Shown here piece by piece: positions 54,980 through 64,000 of a stretch of 64,000 nt of DNA. The translations under genes were made by a program, and so were the position numbers. Positions within the stretch are counted from its first letter, which is position 1, and the number at the start of each line of letters is the position of its first letter. The DNA is taken from the sequence record OK254198.1; one strand, 5' to 3'. This stretch comes from Escherichia phage PSD2001. The notes under the pieces were generated by a model, which was not told where the DNA came from, made no database searches, and saw only the letters and a program-made list of their open reading frames with translations.

Positions 54980-56793
54980 TGGTGTTTAACCCTATGCATG
55001 ATTTCTTTATTTTTGCCGAGATTAAATCCACGTTCGTTCGGATTCCCCAAATAGCCGCATGTTCTTCTTATTGTGTTCATCTTTTTAGGGTCAGTTTCTC
55101 CACAAACAGAACAAACAAATCCGTTCTCGGTTGGAGTCATTTCATGGGTACTTCCACATGTAAAACATTTATCTACTGGCATATTAACACCAAAATAATC
55201 TAAATGTTGTGCAGCATAATCCCACACAGCCTCAAGACCTTTTAGGTTATTTTTCATATCAGGAAGTTCAACATAAGAAATGTGACCACCTGTTGCAATG
55301 AAATGATATGGGGCTTCGCGAGAAATCTTTTCAAACGGAGTAATATTTTCTTCTACTGAAACGTGGAAACTGTTAGTGTACCAGCCTTTATCAGTAACAT
55401 CTTTTACACTTCCATATTTTTCGGTATCGAGTTTACAGAAGCGATAACACAGGTTTTCAGCAGGAGTAGAATACAAACTAAAAGCAAATCCGGTTCTTTC
55501 AGTCCACTGCTTAAGACGAGCATTCATTTTAGTTAAAATTTCTTGCCCAATATCACGACCGACAAGAATATCCAATTCGTGAATACCAATGTATCCTAGG
55601 GACACTGAACTTCTACCGTTTTTAAATAACTCAATTATATCATCATCAGGTTTAAGACGAACCCCGAATGCACCTTCTTGATAAAGAATAGGAGCAACAG
55701 TCGCTTTAACTCCTTTTAAGGAACTAATTCTACACATCAAAGCTTCAAAACATAAATCCATTCGTTCATTGAACAATTCGGCAAATTTCTGTTCATTGAA
55801 CTGTGTTCCAATATAAGAATCTAACGCAATACGAGGAAGATTCAGTGTTACAACACCAAGATTATTACGTCCATCAAGAATTTCATTACCAGTCGAATCT
55901 TTCCATACGCCCAAGAAACTACGGCAACCCATTGGAGAAACAGGAATAGATGAACCTGTGATAGCTTTGTTATTCTTAGCTGAAATGATATCAGGATACA
56001 TTCTTTTGCTTGCACACTCTAAAGCAAGCTGCTTAATATCATAGTTCGGGTCGTCTTTATAAAGATTAACACCTTCTTCAACGAACATAACAAGTTTAGG
56101 GAAAATAGGAGTTATCCCATCACGACCAAGACCTTTAATACGATTTTTCAGAATTGCTTTCTGAATCATTCGTTCAGTCCAATCAGTTCCCGTACCAAAT
56201 GTAATGGTTACAAAAGGCGTTTGTCCATTTGAACTAAAGAGAGTATTTACTTCATATTCATAAGCTTGGAATGCATCGTATACGTCTTTTTCTGTTTTAG
56301 ATTGGGCATAATTCAATGCATCAGTGATTTGCCATTTTTCTGCGTCTTCAATATGTTTTGCGTATGTACGTTTAACATAAGGAGAAAATACTTTGTCTAC
56401 ATTAGCAAAAGTCGTTCCGCCATATTGGTGAGAAGCAACTTGTGCAGTAATTTGTGCCATAATTGCAGTAGCAACACCAATTGATTTAGGAGTTTCAATC
56501 TGTGCATTACCGAGTTTAAATCCGTTCTCAAGCATTCCTTTTAAATCTACTAAACAGCAATTAGTAAATGGAAGAGCAGGGGAATAATCAATATCATGGA
56601 AATGAATAATTCCGCTTTCATGTGCTTTCATAATAAAAGACGCGACCATATTTTTGGCAATGTGTTTAGATACAATACCAGCCATAAGGTCACGTTGAGT
56701 TGGAAAAACACGAGAATCTTTATTAGCATTCTCGTTTAAAAGGTCTTTATTAGTTTTATGAATCAATCCTTCAATTTCGTTTTCAATTGTCAT
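54976..56793 (-). CDS. nrdD: Anaerobic ribonucleoside-triphosphate reductase NrdD, intron-less
   Basis: 605 aa (same as T4 NrdD); C-terminal glycyl-radical motif RRTCGYLG and Cys-rich zinc site CFTCGSTHEM...CSVCG; single uninterrupted frame. Confidence 0.9.
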   Translation of the reverse strand: MTIENEIEGLIHKTNKDLLNENANKDSRVFPTQRDLMAGIVSKHIAKNMVASFIMKAHESGIIHFHDIDYSPALPFTNCCLVDLKGMLENGFKLGNAQIETPKSIGVATAIMAQITAQVASHQYGGTTFANVDKVFSPYVKRTYAKHIEDAEKWQITDALNYAQSKTEKDVYDAFQAYEYEVNTLFSSNGQTPFVTITFGTGTDWTERMIQKAILKNRIKGLGRDGITPIFPKLVMFVEEGVNLYKDDPNYDIKQLALECASKRMYPDIISAKNNKAITGSSIPVSPMGCRSFLGVWKDSTGNEILDGRNNLGVVTLNLPRIALDSYIGTQFNEQKFAELFNERMDLCFEALMCRISSLKGVKATVAPILYQEGAFGVRLKPDDDIIELFKNGRSSVSLGYIGIHELDILVGRDIGQEILTKMNARLKQWTERTGFAFSLYSTPAENLCYRFCKLDTEKYGSVKDVTDKGWYTNSFHVSVEENITPFEKISREAPYHFIATGGHISYVELPDMKNNLKGLEAVWDYAAQHLDYFGVNMPVDKCFTCGSTHEMTPTENGFVCSVCGETDPKKMNTIRRTCGYLGNPNERGFNLGKNKEIMHRVKHQ

Positions 56794-56930
56794 TTTAAAC
56801 TCTTTCTAAGCTGCTTCTTAAATGAAGCCATTAATTGTGTTTTGGTGTCAGATTCATTATAAGTCATACCATTCAAAAGCATTTCCCGAATCATTTCTTC
56901 TTTCCCCAGGCGACGGATAATATCATTCAT
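56790..56930 (-). pseudogene. 49: Remnant of endonuclease VII (gene 49) C-terminal domain
   Basis: 46-codon frame MNDIIRRLGKEEMIREMLLNGMTYNESDTKTQLMASFKKQLRKSLK matches my recollection of the T4 gp49 C-terminus; no credible Shine-Dalgarno; upstream continuation has an in-frame TAA and a frameshift; no N-terminal catalytic domain in any frame. Confidence 0.4.
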
Positions 56931-56988
56931 AGATTCGACTAAAGCATAAAATGTTTAGCCGTAAAAATTAATCATTTGAGCGATTTCC

Positions 56989-58065
56989 TCAGTTGTTTTT
57001 TAAATACTGTATATAGCTTTCTAGCCATACTGTTAAGTTATCTCTTTCAGTTTGAGATAACGGATTAACCATATCTTTGAAAAAGTTTAATTCCATTTGT
57101 GAAACTTTTTCATGTCGAACTGTTTTGACTAAATTCATGGTTGCAAGTTTTGCTTTATGAGATTTTTTGTCTTCCATAACTAACTTTTTAATTTTTCCAT
57201 CTTTTAATATTTTTGCACAACCACCGCGCCCGACACCAAAATGTTGTTCAACATCAGCGTTCGATATAAATTTTACACTATCATCAACCAAAGCAAATTT
57301 GTATCTTTGTCGTGCAATGGTCGGGGGTAAGCCCCAACGTTCCTGGATTAGGTCCAAATCACCCTGTAACAGTCTGGTTAAATGACTTGCAGAGATTTTG
57401 TTTTCTTGTGCGAACTTGGTTTGGTTAACGACTTCAACTTCCGTATTAGTCTGGTAATCCCAAATTTTATACGAAGAGCAATTGGTAATTATTCCGTGTT
57501 TTTCGGAACGAGACCGCCCAAACTGCCAACCCTTTGTCAAATAATTTTCAACTTCTTCAGGTTTAACATATTTGGTTTTCTGGCCCATTTTATACATCAC
57601 GGGCCAATTAACATGTTCATTGCCTTTATCAAATTCAATCCATCGGGCAATATCGTCTTGAGTCAAATCATCAAAGCAGTTGGGGTTGAAATGTCCACCA
57701 ATCTGTTTATTGAGCCACATTGGGTCACGCAAAACATCATTAGCTAGTTGCATTTCCATTTCAGCCATAAGAGTTTTACCCCAAGTTGGATACCAACCCA
57801 CGATAATCATTTCTTTTGGCTTTATACCATTTTCTAGAATTGAGTTTAACTCATTTGATGATGATGTGTAGGTTTTCCAATCAGATTCTTCAAAACCTTT
57901 TTTGGGACCGCGCTTGAATGTACATGGAGCTGCTTTGATTCGTTTCCAAATCTTTTTAGCGCCAACATATTTGTGACCATCTTCAAATGTAATTACATAT
58001 ACAAATCCCAAATATTGATTGATGTCAGCTTCTTCAAATACTGACCAATGACCATAATCAGACAT
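56989..58065 (-). CDS. GIY-YIG homing-endonuclease-like protein (358 aa) in the gene 49 slot
   Basis: N-terminus GFVYVITFEDGHKYVGAKKIWKRIK resembles the GIY-(10)-YIG core and following basic residues of I-TevI/Seg enzymes; last about 18 aa (DNLTVWLESYIQYLKNN) resemble a mid-region of T4 gp49. Confidence 0.55.
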   Translation of the reverse strand: MSDYGHWSVFEEADINQYLGFVYVITFEDGHKYVGAKKIWKRIKAAPCTFKRGPKKGFEESDWKTYTSSSNELNSILENGIKPKEMIIVGWYPTWGKTLMAEMEMQLANDVLRDPMWLNKQIGGHFNPNCFDDLTQDDIARWIEFDKGNEHVNWPVMYKMGQKTKYVKPEEVENYLTKGWQFGRSRSEKHGIITNCSSYKIWDYQTNTEVEVVNQTKFAQENKISASHLTRLLQGDLDLIQERWGLPPTIARQRYKFALVDDSVKFISNADVEQHFGVGRGGCAKILKDGKIKKLVMEDKKSHKAKLATMNLVKTVRHEKVSQMELNFFKDMVNPLSQTERDNLTVWLESYIQYLKNN

Positions 58066-58103
58066 ACCAAATACCTTTAATGTTAATTAGATATAGGTAT
58101 TTA

Positions 58104-58301
58104 TTATTTTTCAAATGTGCTATAGAACGAACGATGCAACCGTTTAAATTGACGAATCATCTTTTTGGTAGGACGAGTATACAATCCCACACAGGTGGCC
58201 ATAAACTGGTCAGTAGGACTTCCTTTGATAAGGAGTTTCCAGACCTTACTGCCATCCAACTTTTCGGTATAAATCAGTTCAGTTTTCATAGTAAAACCCA
58301 T
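58104..58301 (-). CDS. Hypothetical protein (65 aa)
   Basis: Minus-strand ORF. Confidence 0.35.
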   Translation of the reverse strand: MGFTMKTELIYTEKLDGSKVWKLLIKGSPTDQFMATCVGLYTRPTKKMIRQFKRLHRSFYSTFEK

Positions 58302-58554
58302 ATTCTATATCGATTAAATCGTTGTTTGAAGGTTCATTATACTCTATTTCGGAATCGTTGTAAACCGGTTCCTCTGGCTCGGTAGTTTTCCACCGAGCGA
58401 CATACCATGGCTTAACGGTCACTCCAATAGCTTGATACTTCAAAATCAGGCTCGCCGTTTTCCCAGTACCAAGGACCAACCGGATGCCAATCGCCATGCT
58501 TATCTTCTTCATATTCTTCAGATTCAAGCCCAACGTATTGCCATTGGACTTCAT
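58279..58554 (-). CDS. Hypothetical acidic protein; start uncertain
   Basis: C-terminal half (TTEPEEPVYNDSEIEYNEPSNNDLIDIEYGFYYEN) looks coding; N-terminal half overlaps ORF 58412-58720 in another frame. Confidence 0.25.
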   Translation of the reverse strand: MKSNGNTLGLNLKNMKKISMAIGIRLVLGTGKTASLILKYQAIGVTVKPWYVARWKTTEPEEPVYNDSEIEYNEPSNNDLIDIEYGFYYEN

Positions 58555-58720
58555 AAGCAGTGCCGCCGATTACAACAGTGTTCTCACCATACGGGTGAGC
58601 CACAGCAAAGTCAATACCTTCTGCTTTAGCCAACCAAACCATATATTCGTATAGTTTATATTCCAGGTCATCTTCGGTACCATCACCTAGAAAAATGGTT
58701 TGTTCGTTTAATTCAATCAT
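58412..58720 (-). CDS. Hypothetical acidic protein (102 aa)
   Basis: Minus-strand ORF, Trp/Tyr/Glu-rich. Confidence 0.45.
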   Translation of the reverse strand: MIELNEQTIFLGDGTEDDLEYKLYEYMVWLAKAEGIDFAVAHPYGENTVVIGGTAYEVQWQYVGLESEEYEEDKHGDWHPVGPWYWENGEPDFEVSSYWSDR

Positions 58721-58905
58721 AATTCCACCATAAATTCAAATAGCTGGTCACGTACACAAGTATCAGTCCAACCCCATTCGTTGGCTTCTTCTTTTAACCA
58801 ATCCGGGAGATTTGCCAATACGGTTTCTTTACTAGGCGCGGGAGTATCAAACTCTCTCGTCAACTCTCTTGCGCAGGTTTTATAGGCCATATCAAATTCA
58901 GTCAT
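58717..58905 (-). CDS. Hypothetical protein (62 aa)
   Basis: Minus-strand ORF overlapping the downstream start. Confidence 0.4.
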   Translation of the reverse strand: MTEFDMAYKTCARELTREFDTPAPSKETVLANLPDWLKEEANEWGWTDTCVRDQLFEFMVEL

Positions 58906-59059
58906 TTAAAGTTCCAGAATGAAGCACCAACCAGAAATAAAGGCCAACAAATCATAGACGTCAGCCACCAACAAAAGTCACCTGAATCATCTAATTTAGC
59001 TAGGGTCTTAGCATAACCAATACCGATGATAAGATACAAAACAACCAACATTAATTCAA

Positions 59060-59323
59060 TCATTTGAAATACGCTCGCAGTTGGTCAAAGCCACCAATAT
59101 GACTTCCATCAGGGGCAAATACCTGTGGCAAGGTCAAACCAATTTGAGATTCACGACCAAGTGCCGCCAGGAGTTGAGCAATCTTCTCATCATCAAACAC
59201 ACCTTTTTCTGGCATAACGTTGATGAACTCGTAAGGTTGTTTTTTAACATCCAAAAAACGTTTTGCATTATCGCAGAATACACAGCGATGAATAGATGAA
59301 TCATAACCATATACTTTAAACAT
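59060..59323 (-). CDS. nrdC: Thioredoxin/glutaredoxin NrdC
   Basis: 87 aa; MFKVYGYDS.IH.CV.CDNAKR.L.VKKQP.EFIN.MPEKGVFDDEKIA.LL..LGR..QIGLT.PQVFAPDGSHIGGFDQLR.YFK is near-identical to T4 NrdC. Confidence 0.88.
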   Translation of the reverse strand: MFKVYGYDSSIHRCVFCDNAKRFLDVKKQPYEFINVMPEKGVFDDEKIAQLLAALGRESQIGLTLPQVFAPDGSHIGGFDQLRAYFK

Positions 59324-59324
59324 A

Positions 59325-59582
59325 TTATTCCTTAATTCCTAATACTTGTTTGAAGGTCTCAGTATAATCGGGGTATTGACCGGTTTGTTCTTTATGTTTG
59401 ACCATAATACCATAAACTTCTGAACGCATATTATTATATGAACGAGTTAAAGCAGATTTCAATACTGAATAACTATCCGGAAGTTTACCGTGTTCTTTAT
59501 AATAGGCCAGAGTTAATTCACGGACCGCCTTATCAGCAGTCTCAAGATATTCTTTACGCTTTGCCATTTTCTTCTCGCTCAA
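59325..59582 (-). CDS. Hypothetical protein (85 aa)
   Basis: Minus-strand ORF immediately upstream of nrdC. Confidence 0.45.
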   Translation of the reverse strand: MSEKKMAKRKEYLETADKAVRELTLAYYKEHGKLPDSYSVLKSALTRSYNNMRSEVYGIMVKHKEQTGQYPDYTETFKQVLGIKE

Positions 59583-59847
59583 ATTTGTGTTTGCAATGTC
59601 TGCATTTATAACGAAGATTACTAGTCTGCCAATGGACTAACTGGACCTGTTCAGTTCCACATTCTGGACAGTTTGGAACGCTCTTAGAAGCACGTTCCCG
59701 GCGGCGAACCATAGCCATTACCATATCCCAATCAGGAACCTGACTATAATCATCAGTCCAGTTTATAAGACCTTTATTAACCCCCGCTGCGGGGGTCCAT
59801 TCTGGAAATGCAGTTTCTGCAATATCTTCAGCTAAACGTTGTTTCAT
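59554..59847 (-). CDS. Zinc-ribbon hypothetical protein (97 aa)
   Basis: Two CxxC pairs: CPECG...CRHC. Confidence 0.45.
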   Translation of the reverse strand: MKQRLAEDIAETAFPEWTPAAGVNKGLINWTDDYSQVPDWDMVMAMVRRRERASKSVPNCPECGTEQVQLVHWQTSNLRYKCRHCKHKFEREENGKA

Positions 59848-60833
59848 TTCAGCAGCTCCAGAGCTTGTTCCAGTTTATCCAGACGATTGGTTGATTCTTC
59901 CCAAAGTCGCTTGGCTTTAGTATAGTCTTCAGTTGCCTTTTTATTAACAGCAAGAGCTTTATTATACGCCATTTCCAGAGCAATAATTTCAGGCGCTTTT
60001 TGTTTCACTGGCTCATTGTTCAGATTATCAATCAGGTCTTCAAGGGTGGTTTCTTGTGGTGCATTCATAATTTCCTCACTTTTCTTTTTATGGATTTCTG
60101 TAACAGTTGGTTGCTTTGCACATTTAACTTCGCGTAATGTCACCACAATTTTCCAACCTTTCCAACCATGAGTACTGGTGATAGGGTCTACTTTAATTTT
60201 TTCAACAGTGCGCATATAGTTAAGGGCACACACCAGCTGATGAGTAAGCGTACAGGCAACATCAAGATACTTTTTGACATTTTCTGGAGTAGCCACCGGC
60301 GTAAAGAACTCATGCTTAACTGTAATAATTACCTGGTTTTCACCAGACTCTTTAACCTTTATCATGTGCTCAGCCAAATGGGAGATAGTGCGAAAATCAC
60401 CGCCCATCAATTTTGTCGCTGATTTTATGATAGACATTTTGTTATCTCTGAATTCACGAGCCCAGCAATGTGCGAATTCAGAAACAGTATAGCCTTGTTT
60501 ATCAAGGTAGTATTTTTCAACATCGCCAAACCAATGATACCCAATTGTACCTTTACCGCGGTTGGATTCAACACCAAACTTATGAAGAAGGTCTTTATTA
60601 ACCAGGTACGCCAGGACTCTGGAACCTTTAAAAGTTTTCTTGATATCATCATTACCGGCACGACTCGCAATAGTTGCAATGTCTTTCTTGAAGCGACCAG
60701 ATGCAACAATCGTCGAATCAATCTGATTTAACCAGAAATTGATAATCGAAAGGATAACCAATTCACCTGTTAATGGTTTTACTTTTGCATCGATAGTGGT
60801 GTTAAAGGCCTGGATATATTCGTTACGTGTCAT
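59844..60833 (-). CDS. Hypothetical protein (329 aa)
   Basis: Long minus-strand ORF; C-terminal coiled-coil-like region. Confidence 0.5.
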   Translation of the reverse strand: MTRNEYIQAFNTTIDAKVKPLTGELVILSIINFWLNQIDSTIVASGRFKKDIATIASRAGNDDIKKTFKGSRVLAYLVNKDLLHKFGVESNRGKGTIGYHWFGDVEKYYLDKQGYTVSEFAHCWAREFRDNKMSIIKSATKLMGGDFRTISHLAEHMIKVKESGENQVIITVKHEFFTPVATPENVKKYLDVACTLTHQLVCALNYMRTVEKIKVDPITSTHGWKGWKIVVTLREVKCAKQPTVTEIHKKKSEEIMNAPQETTLEDLIDNLNNEPVKQKAPEIIALEMAYNKALAVNKKATEDYTKAKRLWEESTNRLDKLEQALELLK

Positions 60834-60891
60834 AGTGTTCTCCTCATAAAGTAGGAATTCATTATACTCCCTCCATCCTTGGAAGTAAACA

Positions 60892-61797
60892 TTATTTTAA
60901 TGCTAAAATCGCCGCCTGCAATTTATTGCGTTGTGTTTCCATGTTCTTGATGCGATTCAGAACATCCTGGATACCCTTTTTCTCATCTTCAATCAGACCA
61001 TTTAAGCGGTTGACTGATTCCTGGATAGCATCAGCATGATGTTTCTCAATAGGCTTCATTGATGGGTTAAAGATTCCAAGAGAGCTAGCCGGTTTGACTT
61101 TCCATTGGTACATATTTTTAACGTCCAGCGGTGAAATAGGCTGTGTTTTATATTGACCTGCAAATGCTGGACCATATGATGCGGATGATGCGATAGGGGT
61201 ACGTTCTGTCATTTCTGGTTCCTTTTTCTCCTGATAAGGAGCGTAAGACAAAAGATATTCTTTAGTCAATTTAATATCAATGGTTATAGTTTTAAGGAAT
61301 TTTTCCGTTTGGTGGATATAATTTGTATCTTCTTCAAACGTGTATGCTTCAACAGCATGGCGCATATAAAACAGCGCAATACCCATAACCTCTTTAAAGG
61401 TATCACAAAGAGCAACATCACCCTTGGTGGTTGGCTTGAACTTAATCTGCACACCATCATTCTTGATATTGATAATCAAGTTACTGGAGGTAAAATTATA
61501 GTTCTTGATGTTAACTGGAGCTTTACGAATACGAAGTCCAGCTGCCAGGATTTCCTTGATACTCTTACGAACTGTGACACCAAACAAAAACGCAGGGCGG
61601 CGGCAGTAATCATTCAGAGAGTTAATTCTTACAATACGTTGACCATACCCCTGGGTGGCAGAACCAGATTTGATTTTGCCAAAGTTAACCAGAGAATTCA
61701 TCGCAATAAGACGGGTTGCACGTCCTTCACGCTGTTCAAATCGAGAATATTCTTTACGTGTTTTAATGTTCATATCAGAGTCCAAATAATTTTTCAT
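60892..61797 (-). CDS. Hypothetical protein (301 aa)
   Basis: Long minus-strand ORF; C-terminal coiled-coil-like region. Confidence 0.5.
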   Translation of the reverse strand: MKNYLDSDMNIKTRKEYSRFEQREGRATRLIAMNSLVNFGKIKSGSATQGYGQRIVRINSLNDYCRRPAFLFGVTVRKSIKEILAAGLRIRKAPVNIKNYNFTSSNLIINIKNDGVQIKFKPTTKGDVALCDTFKEVMGIALFYMRHAVEAYTFEEDTNYIHQTEKFLKTITIDIKLTKEYLLSYAPYQEKKEPEMTERTPIASSASYGPAFAGQYKTQPISPLDVKNMYQWKVKPASSLGIFNPSMKPIEKHHADAIQESVNRLNGLIEDEKKGIQDVLNRIKNMETQRNKLQAAILALK

Positions 61798-61990
61798 AGA
61801 GTTTAGCGATAGGCCACAGAATTAGCATACATAACCAGGCAAAGCAAAATACTGGCCATACAAATGTAATGAATACCGCATCATAGCTTGATTCAATTTT
61901 AACCGGGTTCCATGCGCCTGTTTTATGCGCAATCAAAGCAGTAATAAATCCTATCACAAGATAAGCAAGAATAAAACCAATAATTTCCAT
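61775..61990 (-). CDS. Small membrane protein (71 aa)
   Basis: Two predicted transmembrane helices. Confidence 0.45.
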   Translation of the reverse strand: MEIIGFILAYLVIGFITALIAHKTGAWNPVKIESSYDAVFITFVWPVFCFAWLCMLILWPIAKLYEKLFGL

Positions 61991-61992
61991 AA

Positions 61993-62835
61993 TTAATCCT
62001 TAAGAAGATTTAGGATATCGATATATTTCTGACGTTCAGCCTTGGCTTTAGCATTCAGACCGGAGAGTCGGAAAATCTCATCATCTTGTTGTTGAATTGT
62101 AACATTCAAGCAAGTAAGCAAATTGCTAAAATACTCAATCTGGGCTTGATGCTTCTCATTGCTTCGCACTGGAACAGGTTCCATTTTAGGAGCTTGTTCT
62201 GAAGAGTCTTCAGCCAGGTCTTTAATTTTATAAAGTTTAATACGCTGACCTGCTCCAGTTTCGGCATCACCAAAACTAAGAACACCGTGCTGTTCTAATT
62301 CAGACAAGGCCAATCGGAGATGGAACTTCCAGTTTTCGTATTGACATCCACTAAAAGAAGAAATACTGTATTCGCCTTCATTTTGACCTTTAATAACATT
62401 GAATACTTTATAATCTAAAGAATTATTGGTTTTAAAGGTCATTTGTTTATCTTGACCTTTTGCAAGGCGAGCACCTAGTGCTAGTAAACGTCGTTGGTTG
62501 GCATGAAGGTCTTTAACCACTTCATCAAACGTCATGGTGTTAATCGCACGACCATAAAGGTCGTAGCCTTTGTTATATTTTTTAAGAATAATTTTGGCAT
62601 TAGCACGAGACAACATACCTGTTTTACGAAGAGTTTTCATGACTCGGTCTTCTAACGTAAACGAACCGTTAGTCTTGTCAAAGATTTTAGTGAAGTCATT
62701 TTTAACAGTACAAACATTGAACTTGTCCCACATCATATATAGAACCTTTTCAACCACTTCTTTAGAACTCGGAATACGACCAAATTTAATAACTTTTTTA
62801 ACTTCAGAACGAATTTCATTAATTGCTTGCGACAT
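61993..62835 (-). CDS. Hypothetical protein (280 aa)
   Basis: Long minus-strand ORF; C-terminal coiled-coil-like tail. Confidence 0.5.
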   Translation of the reverse strand: MSQAINEIRSEVKKVIKFGRIPSSKEVVEKVLYMMWDKFNVCTVKNDFTKIFDKTNGSFTLEDRVMKTLRKTGMLSRANAKIILKKYNKGYDLYGRAINTMTFDEVVKDLHANQRRLLALGARLAKGQDKQMTFKTNNSLDYKVFNVIKGQNEGEYSISSFSGCQYENWKFHLRLALSELEQHGVLSFGDAETGAGQRIKLYKIKDLAEDSSEQAPKMEPVPVRSNEKHQAQIEYFSNLLTCLNVTIQQQDDEIFRLSGLNAKAKAERQKYIDILNLLKD

Positions 62836-62898
62836 AATAATTTCCTCAATAGATTAATCAAAGGTCAGAACCATTATACCATCCTTGGTATAAAGCGT

Positions 62899-63423
62899 TT
62901 ATGCGAGAACCGTCTTTAAACGCTCTTCAAACTTCTGAAGGAGTACCTGGCGCTCTGCTCTTTGTTTGGTATAGGTTTCAATACGCTCTGAAGTGAGATT
63001 GTATTGTTCATTAACTGATTCCCTCATGAATTCAGGAATCTCTTTACACGCCTTGATTTCATTGAACTTATCAAGCACCGCTTGTTGTTCAGCAATCAGA
63101 CCATCATAATATTGGATATCTGATTTGATGTTTTGTACATCAGATTCAGTAGGCATATTTTTCTTTGCTCTTGTCGCTTGATATTCTGCATTAGTCTCTC
63201 TTGACCAGAACAAAGAACGGTTTTTGTTGGTGTTTTTATACACATCAACAATACCAACTGAATCAACAGTCACAATCCAGTTCCAGGCGTTTTTATAAGT
63301 CTGACCACCTGATACTGTAATCTCACCTGCACAAGCAACATCATTAAAGAACTTACTTTGTGCTTCTGATTTAAAATTACCATTATTGTAATTAATCAGA
63401 TTAAAGATTGATTTGGCTTCCAT
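62899..63423 (-). CDS. Hypothetical protein (174 aa)
   Basis: First ORF downstream of promoter 63460-63489. Confidence 0.5.
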   Translation of the reverse strand: MEAKSIFNLINYNNGNFKSEAQSKFFNDVACAGEITVSGGQTYKNAWNWIVTVDSVGIVDVYKNTNKNRSLFWSRETNAEYQATRAKKNMPTESDVQNIKSDIQYYDGLIAEQQAVLDKFNEIKACKEIPEFMRESVNEQYNLTSERIETYTKQRAERQVLLQKFEERLKTVLA

Positions 63424-63459
63424 TTTATTCTCCAGTATTTGGTAACTCAGTATGGGAAC

Positions 63460-63489
63460 ATTATACGTCTATCCCCATACTATGTACAC
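63460..63489 (-). promoter_or_regulatory. T4-type early promoter
   Basis: Minus strand: GTGTAC, 18 nt, TATAAT; shares the AACTCAGTATGG block with other cassettes. Confidence 0.45.
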
Positions 63490-63491
63490 AT

Positions 63492-63794
63492 TTAATTAAA
63501 AGTTCTTTCAGTATTTTCACCACTGAACCAGACGCTCTTAACGGCTTGCTGGGTGCGATGGAGCTGCTCTGCCATATAAACACCAAGGGCCTCAGCTTTA
63601 CGCGTCCTGTGGGCTTCTGCGGCGACCATTTGCAGCTTATCCATCATGATAAGAGCTTTACATTTCTCCTTCAGAGCATATCGCTTCTTCTCTTCTGGAG
63701 TTTTGACCATTCCTCTTAACTTGTGCATTTTCAGCTTAAAATGGTCAGCAGATTTCAGACATGCATCAATCATGTCAAGTTCATACTTCTTCAT
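63492..63794 (-). CDS. Hypothetical protein (100 aa)
   Basis: Minus-strand ORF. Confidence 0.45.
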   Translation of the reverse strand: MKKYELDMIDACLKSADHFKLKMHKLRGMVKTPEEKKRYALKEKCKALIMMDKLQMVAAEAHRTRKAEALGVYMAEQLHRTQQAVKSVWFSGENTERTFN

Positions 63795-63800
63795 AATTCC

Positions 63801-63995
63801 TCACTTGCGACGACGTTTTGGTAATGGCATTGCTTTACCTGCAGGGGTCAAAGTCACACGCAAAGCATTACCAATACCAAGGGATGCTTTAACCAGACCT
63901 TTGGCTTTTAACTCACCAAATGCTTGGCGTTGTTCAGGGTCACGAGTGTTAACCATCAGACCTTTTTCACCAGCAGCTTTGATTAATTCTAACAT
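63801..63995 (-). CDS. Hypothetical basic protein (64 aa)
   Basis: Minus-strand ORF near the window edge; ends with KRRRK. Confidence 0.4.
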   Translation of the reverse strand: MLELIKAAGEKGLMVNTRDPEQRQAFGELKAKGLVKASLGIGNALRVTLTPAGKAMPLPKRRRK

Positions 63996-64000
63996 TTTAT

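Noticed and set aside
54976-56793. Group I intron or intron-encoded endonuclease inside nrdD
   Set aside because: nrdD is one uninterrupted 605-codon frame with an intact glycyl-radical C-terminus.
8924-63489. Possibility that the repeated cassettes form a CRISPR array or tandem repeat locus
   Set aside because: Copies are dispersed singly in intergenic regions with no regular repeat-spacer periodicity and each overlaps promoter hexamers.
1-64000. tRNA or other structured RNA genes
   Set aside because: No cloverleaf-like conserved segments were recognised by eye and intergenic space is minimal; a tRNAscan-SE or Infernal run is needed to exclude small RNAs properly.

Overview
This 64 kb window is a segment of a T4-like (Tevenvirinae) myovirus genome. 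The plus strand carries the late distal long-tail-fibre block (3' end of a gp35-like gene, then 36, 37, 38) and holin t. Almost everything else is a tightly packed minus-strand early/middle array in T4 order: asiA, motA, 52, ndd, denB-like, rIIB, rIIA, 39, dexA, dda, ModA/ModB-like ADP-ribosyltransferases, soc, 56, 61, 41, 40, uvsX, imm-like, 43, regA, 62, 44, 45, 46, 47, 55, nrdG, nrdD, nrdC, plus many small hypothetical genes. Calls rest on reading the six-frame translations against remembered T4/RB69 proteins and on gene order; no searches were run. The DNA polymerase looks closer to RB69 than to T4. The most notable deviations from the T4 map are: (1) the endonuclease VII (gene 49) slot next to nrdD holds a GIY-YIG endonuclease gene followed by a frameshifted gp49 C-terminal remnant; (2) the beta-gt/42 slot between uvsX and 43 holds an Imm-like protein, a 47-aa membrane peptide and a 167-aa lipoprotein; (3) there is no alpha-gt between 47 and 55, although dCTPase 56 is present; (4) an HNH endonuclease gene sits on the opposite strand between 45 and 46; (5) repeated early-promoter/stem-loop cassettes and shared 5' leaders recur throughout, including two identical 53-bp copies 26 kb apart. 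No tRNA, rRNA, CRISPR array, integrase or intron was seen.
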